Assembly (NCBI GenBank): GCA_043750125.1
Contig: JAYVCD010000217.1
Location: 1 to 11,764 of the forward strand
DNA: 11,764 nt
Source of the DNA: Archangiaceae bacterium
GTDB lineage: Bacteria; Myxococcota; Myxococcia; Myxococcales; Myxococcaceae
Direction of reading: 5' to 3'
Part shown: positions 6,449-11,764 of the stretch, one piece after another
Layout of the letters: each line of letters opens with the position of its first letter
Numbering within the stretch: the first letter of the stretch is position 1
Made by a program: the position numbers and the translations under genes
The notes under the pieces: model-generated
The model's input: only the letters and a program-made list of their open reading frames with translations
Told to the model about the DNA's origin: nothing
Databases searched by the model: none

Positions 6449-8947
6449 CTAATTTTCTTTCTCGCCCTTGGCCTGTTCCTCGGGCGACAGCTCGTCGAGG
6501 TCCACGATGTCGATCTCGAGGGACCCAGCGTTGTCTTCGAGGCTCAAGTCCGGGAAGGTGCAGACCAGCGAGTCGGTGTCGGTCACCTTGTGTCGCTTGC
6601 CGACTTCCAGCAGTCGGTGGGTCGAGCTGACCGGCTTGTTCCTTTCCGGATTCTCGACGCAGAGCACGGTGCCGACTTTCCCGCTGTTGCCAGTGCCGGT
6701 GACAGCCTCGTCGTTGCGAATGGTGAGCTGATATTTCGACTGCGGGTTCAATTTCGCCAGGCGAAAGCGGTGCTCCGGGCGGGGAACGATCGCGTGCTTC
6801 TCAGCCTCGAAGATCAGCGTCTTCGGCACGATGTACTGCGAAATGCGGAAGGTGATTCGCATCGAGCCCGAGTTGTCGGACGCGTCGTCGTCGAGCACGA
6901 AGGCGTGAAGGCGGGTGGCTCCTTTGATCGGTTTGGACTGCGAGGTGAGAAAGCCGACCCGCCGACTCTCAGGCATGTCGCCTTCGAGGTAGTACAGCAC
7001 CGTGCTGCTGGTCCGGCCGCGCCCCAGCGAGTAGCTGCCCTCGGTGGCGACCTGGTACGACGTCCCGGGCGACAGCTCGAGGTTGGCCGTCTCGTACTTG
7101 TCCAGCGGCAGCCCGTTGTAGGCCGGACGCAGCACGAAGAGCCGCAGCGGCCAGCGCACGTCTCGCTTCTCGGCCGAGGTGACGAACGAGTCTTGCATCC
7201 GCAGCGCCTGCTCTTCTTCGCTGCCCGCGTCGAAGGGGACCAGGGCCGCCTTCAACGGCTCGTTCACGTCGGCGTCGAGCTTGGCGGTGAAGTTGATGGC
7301 CTGGGTGCTCGCGGTGAAGCGCTTGGTCCACGGGCGAAATCCCTTCTTGGTGACTCCCATCGTGTGGGGCCCGACCGAGACGCCCGTCTTCACCGGGCTG
7401 GGCCCCAGGTCGCGGTTGTCGACCTGGACGTTGGCACCTTCGGGGATCGAGCTGATCCACAGCGGAGTGGCAGCCGGCACCACCACTTCGTCGGAGTCGG
7501 TCGCTTTGCCGCCGAAAATCAAGAAGCCGACGACGAGCAGCACGGACATCAAGCCGCCGACGCCTCCGATGGTGACGACGAAGCGTTGGCGTTTCTCTTT
7601 GAGCTCGGCGTTGTCGAGGCTCAACGGCGCGACCGGGTGGCGCTGCGGGAGGGGAGGCGCCGTGGGCCGCTCGTCCACCTGCGCGACCGGGGCGGGCTTG
7701 GCTCGCGCGGCCTTGGCCTTGAGCAGCGTTTCCTGCTCGATCGGCTCGAGCCGGGTGCTGCCCGGCATGCTCATCGGCCGGTAGCCACCATGGGCGTTCG
7801 GGGCCGGGGAAGGGACCTTCGCCGAACCGGTCGCGACCCGCGGTCGCAAGGGCGCTGCCGACCTGGCCGGAGTGCTCAACGGCTTGGGCGTGCCTCTGGA
7901 CTCGGGCTTGAGGCCCAGCCGGGCGCGCCGCTGTGCGCCGTAGCCCGGCTGCTTCAGCTTCGTCAGCGCAGTGGCGAACTCTTCGGTGACGTGGGTGGCG
8001 TTGCCTTCGGCCTCGAGCTCTTCATGGAACAGCGTGGCGAGCAGCATCGAGATGTCGTTGCTGGTCGAGCCGGGAAAACGTGAATGCAGGATTTCGGCGA
8101 CCGCCTGCCCCAGCTCGCGGGCCGACTGGAAGCGATCCTCGCGCCGGGTCGCGAGCGCTTTGAGCATCGTCATCTCGAGCGCGGACGAGATCTCGGAATT
8201 GAAGGACCTGGGCCGGGGAATGTTGCCTTCGGCCAGCTGGGTGAGGACGGCCACGAACTCGCCTTCGTAGGGGCGCCGGCCGCAGAGCATCTCGAACAGC
8301 ACCACTCCCACCGCGTAAACGTCGCTGCGGGCGTCGAGATCGCGCACCGCCTGGGCCTGCTCGGGTGAGAAGTACGGGTACTTCCCCTTCACCATTCCCG
8401 TCTCGGTCTGCTTGCCGCCCGCGTTCGACTTGGCGATGCCGAAGTCGACGACTTTCACTTCGCCCTCGTAGGACAGCAGCAGGTTTTCTGGCGAGACGTC
8501 GCGGTGGACCAGGTGCAGCGGCTGGCCGGACTCGTCTTTTCGGGTATGCGCGTAGTTCAGCCCGTCGCACATTCGGCAGATGATCTGCAGGGCGATCGGA
8601 ATCGGCAAAAACGGAATGTCGGTGTCGGCCGCGCGCCGCAGGACGCGCGAGAGGGCCTGCCCGTGGACGAGCTCCATCGCCAGGAAGTAGTCGCCGTCGG
8701 TTTTTCCGAAGTCGAAGACCTGGGCAATGTTTCCGTGGGTCAGCGAAGCGGCGAGCTTGGCCTCGCGAACGAACATCTCGACGAAGTCTTCTTGCTCGGC
8801 GAGGTGGGGGTGGATCTTCTTGATCACCACGTCTTTGGTGAGCCCTGCAGCACCAGTCATCTTGGCGCGGTACGTGACCGCCATCCCGCCTGCGGCGAGC
8901 TTGGAGATCAGGACGTATTTGCCAAAGCGTTGTTGGTCGTCTGCCAC
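6449..8947 (-). CDS. Membrane Hanks-type Ser/Thr protein kinase with Pro-rich linker, TM helix, PEGA domain and duplicated C-terminal domain
   Basis: Kinase motifs LAAGGMA, VIKK, HRDVSPEN, DFG, SPEQ, SDVYAVG. TM segment FVVTIGGVGGLMSVLLVVGFLIF at ~7510-7582. PEGA ISSIPEGANVQVD at ~7270-7462. The likely start is GTG 8947; the ORF is open to 9007. Confidence 0.92.
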   Translation of the reverse strand: MADDQQRFGKYVLISKLAAGGMAVTYRAKMTGAAGLTKDVVIKKIHPHLAEQEDFVEMFVREAKLAASLTHGNIAQVFDFGKTDGDYFLAMELVHGQALSRVLRRAADTDIPFLPIPIALQIICRMCDGLNYAHTRKDESGQPLHLVHRDVSPENLLLSYEGEVKVVDFGIAKSNAGGKQTETGMVKGKYPYFSPEQAQAVRDLDARSDVYAVGVVLFEMLCGRRPYEGEFVAVLTQLAEGNIPRPRSFNSEISSALEMTMLKALATRREDRFQSARELGQAVAEILHSRFPGSTSNDISMLLATLFHEELEAEGNATHVTEEFATALTKLKQPGYGAQRRARLGLKPESRGTPKPLSTPARSAAPLRPRVATGSAKVPSPAPNAHGGYRPMSMPGSTRLEPIEQETLLKAKAARAKPAPVAQVDERPTAPPLPQRHPVAPLSLDNAELKEKRQRFVVTIGGVGGLMSVLLVVGFLIFGGKATDSDEVVVPAATPLWISSIPEGANVQVDNRDLGPSPVKTGVSVGPHTMGVTKKGFRPWTKRFTASTQAINFTAKLDADVNEPLKAALVPFDAGSEEEQALRMQDSFVTSAEKRDVRWPLRLFVLRPAYNGLPLDKYETANLELSPGTSYQVATEGSYSLGRGRTSSTVLYYLEGDMPESRRVGFLTSQSKPIKGATRLHAFVLDDDASDNSGSMRITFRISQYIVPKTLIFEAEKHAIVPRPEHRFRLAKLNPQSKYQLTIRNDEAVTGTGNSGKVGTVLCVENPERNKPVSSTHRLLEVGKRHKVTDTDSLVCTFPDLSLEDNAGSLEIDIVDLDELSPEEQAKGEKEN

Positions 8948-9112
8948 GGGCTGTGCTCGCCGAAAGGCGCGCGAAGACTGTAATTCACTTCGGGCCCCAG
9001 ACAGCACTCAAACCGGGCTTGTCGGCCACCCCCGCTTGGGGCCACCCGCCGCGGCTGAAAAAATTTTGTGACAGGTTACTGCCGCCAACCGCCGAGCAGA
9101 CGTGAGGCCTGA

Positions 9113-11764
9113 GCGTCCCAAGCGGGTTCGCTGCGCCGCCTAACGCAGCGCGGCGAGGGTGGAACGGGCGGAGGGGTGCAGCAGCAGACCTTGAGCCTGT
9201 CCCCGTCGGCCGCGACGCTTCCCCTCGGCAGCAGCCAGAGCTTCGTCGCAAGCCAGGTGCTCGAGGACGGAACGGTGGTCGACGTGACGACCCAGGTCAG
9301 CTGGACGGCGGAACCTGCCCAGTGCTGACAGTTCAGGCCGGGGTGGCGAAGGCGATCAAGGCCGGCAACGCGCGGCTGATCGCGACGCTGGGAGCCCTGA
9401 AGGCAAGCGCGCAGGTCCTGGTTCCGGCGGCGAGCCTGGTCAAGATCGAGCTGTCGCCTCCGATTCTTTCGCTGGGTGCCGGCGCGACGGCCTCGATGTC
9501 GGTGCTGGGCACGCTCAGCGACAACACCCCGATCGACCTGACGGCGCAGGCGGCCTTCACCTCGTCGGCGCCGGCGGTGGTGAGCATTTTGCCGGTCGGC
9601 CAGGTGCGCGCGCTGGCTTCCGGGGTGGCGAGCATCACCGCGACGGTGGCCGGCCTGACTTCGAGCGCCGAAGTGACGGTCACCCCCGCCAAGCTCACCT
9701 CGATGACCGTCCTTCCTTCGACCGCCGCACTGCCGATCGGCAGCAAGCTGCAGTTCAAGGCCCGCGGTGCTTTTGACGACGGCTCGCAGGCAGACATCTC
9801 GGCATCGGTGGTGTGGAGCTCGAGCGCGACCGTCGTTCAGATTGCCGCCGACGGGACTGCTTCGGGAATTTCGGCGGGAACGGCGACGGTCTCTGCCTCG
9901 CTGGCGGGGCAGTCGGGCACCGCGTCGGTCACGGTATTGGCGGCGACCCTGACGCGCATTTGATCTCACCCCCACCCCCCTGTCGTTGACCGCGGGGCAG
10001 ACGCGCCCGCTGACCGCCACCGCGACGTTCTCAGATTCCACCACCCTGGACGTGACGCAGGCGGCGGCCTGGGTCTCGGCAGATCCAGCGATTGCCGGGG
10101 TGTCGAATTTGGCGGGTGCGCGCGGCCTGGTCAGTGGGTTGAGCGTCGGCTCGACCGAGCTGTCGGCGCGCGTCGGCAACGTCAGTGGCAAATTGATGAT
10201 CACCGTTGCTGCTTCCCCGCTGGTCTCGCTGACCGTCAACCCGATTTCGGCAGTGCTTTCGCCCGGCGCGAAACAAAGCTTCAGCGTGTTGGGCAAATTC
10301 GCCGACAGCACCAGCTCGGACCTGACCCAGAGCGCGGTGTGGAGTGCGTCGGCCGCGACGGTGTTTGCGGTGGCGCTCAAGGCCGGCAGCGCACAGGTTC
10401 GCGCGAGCTTTGGGACCCTCACGGCCTCAGCGCAGGTGACGGTGAACCCGCTGGTGGTGGTGGACGGGCTGAGCCTCGCTCCGGCGACGATCACCTTCGA
10501 GGCGGGAAGGACGGTGGGGATCAAGGCGATGGCCCATTCCACCGATGGCTCGCTGAAGGACGTGAGCGAGATGTCGGTGTGGTCGAGCCGCGCCGACGTT
10601 CGCCTCGGTCTCGAATACCGCCGGAAGCATGGGGCAGGTCAAAGGACTGATCGACGGCGCTGCGGCAATCACCGCGACGTTCGGCAGCTTCACCGCGACG
10701 GCGATGGTGACGGTGAGCCCGCCGGTCATCGTGGCGCTCGGTGTCGACCCGGCGACGCTGCGGGTGCCGGTCGGCCTGTACGAATATGTCGATGCCACCA
10801 CTTCGATGAGCGATGGCTCTTCAGAGAGCGTGAGCGGGCTGGCGACGTGGACGTCGACCAACCCGGCGGTCGCTGAGGTGCAGGTCTACCAGGCCCAATA
10901 CGCCTACGTCGTCGCCAAGAGCGCGGGGACGACGACGATCAAGGCTTCGCTCAATGGGCTCTCGGCCACGGTTGCCGTGATCGTCACCACCGCGAGCGTC
11001 ATCTCGGTCGAGGTGGGGCCGGCACAGCCGACGCTGCCGGTCGGCGGGAAGCTCGCGATGACGGCGGTCGGGGTGTTCAGCGATTTTTCGACCCAGAACG
11101 TCCGCTACAGCGCGGGGTGGACCTCGTCGAACCCACTGGTCGCCTCGGTGGGCAACTCCGACTACTCGAAGGGCGCCGTCACCGCGCTCTCGCCGGGGAC
11201 CACGACGATCACGGCCAATTACGCAGGGATCACCGGCACCACCGTGCTGACGGTGAGCTCGGCAACGCTGACCACGGTTCAAGTGACGCCGTTCAGCCCC
11301 AGGCTGCCGGTGGGGTTCGAGACCTACCTTCAGGCGAGGGGGATCTACAGCGACAACAGCACGGGGGATCTGACGTACCTGGCTTCGTGGAGCAGCAGCG
11401 CAGGCAACATCGGGTCGATCTCGGCCTATGGGCGCTTCAGCCCGAACTCGCCCGGAACCGTCACGATCACCGCGCATTACCTCGGGGTCACCGGGACCAA
11501 CGCGATCACCGTCAGCCCAGCAACGCTCTCGTCGATCACCTTGATTCCGTCGACCCAGACGGTGGCGGTGCAAGCGACCAAACAGTACGCCGCGAGTGGA
11601 ACCTTCTCGGACAGCACCACGATGGACGTGACCGCCTACGTGACCTGGTTCTCGGGGAACACGGTCACTAGTACGACAGTTCAGAAGTTCGTGCTCGGTC
11701 CAAGGAGCCAAGGAAAGCTCTCAGCCACCATCGGTAGCACTTCGAGCAATTGCCCCTGGAAAGG
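9113..11764 (+). CDS. Big_2 bacterial Ig-like repeat protein (~10 repeats, Lig/intimin-like), 3'-truncated and broken by three frameshifts (sequence error or pseudogene)
   Basis: Continuous ~85-90-aa repeats (L-x-x-I-x-V-x-P...F-S-D-x-[ST]-x-x-D-[VL]-T...W-x-S-S...G-x-x-x-I-T-A...V-T-V) are recovered by reading frame 2 (9113-~9320), frame 1 (~9320-9960), frame 2 (9962-10588) and frame 3 (10590 to the end). The last segment has no stop and is missing from the ORF track. No clear start codon or signal peptide. Confidence 0.85.

Noticed and set aside
8870..8905. Kinase Gly-rich loop LAAGGMA as a sign of a pseudokinase
   Set aside because: AxGGMA is a common variant in bacterial Hanks kinases, and the catalytic Lys, HRD, DFG and SPE motifs are intact.
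5554..9071. ORFs antisense to the methyltransferase and kinase (e.g. 5554..6378, 6590..8083)
   Set aside because: Codon-symmetry shadows with no independent evidence.
9310..10600. Programmed ribosomal frameshifting in the Ig-repeat gene
   Set aside because: No slippery heptamers at the shift sites, shifts in mixed directions, and three would be needed in series.
9076..11711. ORFs 9076..10542(-), 10821..11711(-), 11117..11671(+) and the tail of 9986..10876
   Set aside because: They are shadows of the frameshifted Big_2 gene. The real reading after ~10590 is frame 3.
11665..11764. Loss of the Big_2 consensus and lower GC at the window end as a possible insertion boundary
   Set aside because: Remnants of the repeat (SQGKLSA..GST) persist and no terminal repeats are visible. 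A low-quality sequence end is more likely.

Overview
GC-rich bacterial window; the gene content (PEGA-type Ser/Thr kinase, DUF6209-like lipoprotein, DAG/DGG motifs) suggests Myxococcota, which is an inference. In order: (1) a 5'-truncated protein with at least six FN3 repeats (+); (2) a minus-strand cluster of a 61-aa basic protein, a DEAD-box RNA helicase and a 147-aa wHTH+STAS-like (DUF4325-like) protein; (3) a Cys-rich lipoprotein (-); (4) a TrmN6/YfiC-like SAM methyltransferase with a TPPY motif (+); (5) a membrane Ser/Thr kinase with PEGA and a duplicated extracellular domain (-); (6) a Big_2 (Lig-like) Ig-repeat protein with about 10 repeats, split by three frameshifts and running off the 3' end (+). 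No mobile element, CRISPR array, tRNA or rRNA was seen. The minus-strand cluster at 1725-3890 is the most interesting part. It has a two-hairpin 5' leader, a helicase ribosome-binding site locked in a hairpin ahead of a TTG start, and a compact wHTH-STAS regulator with three copies of an 11-bp motif around an apparently leaderless promoter. Domain names come from motif recognition, not from database searches.
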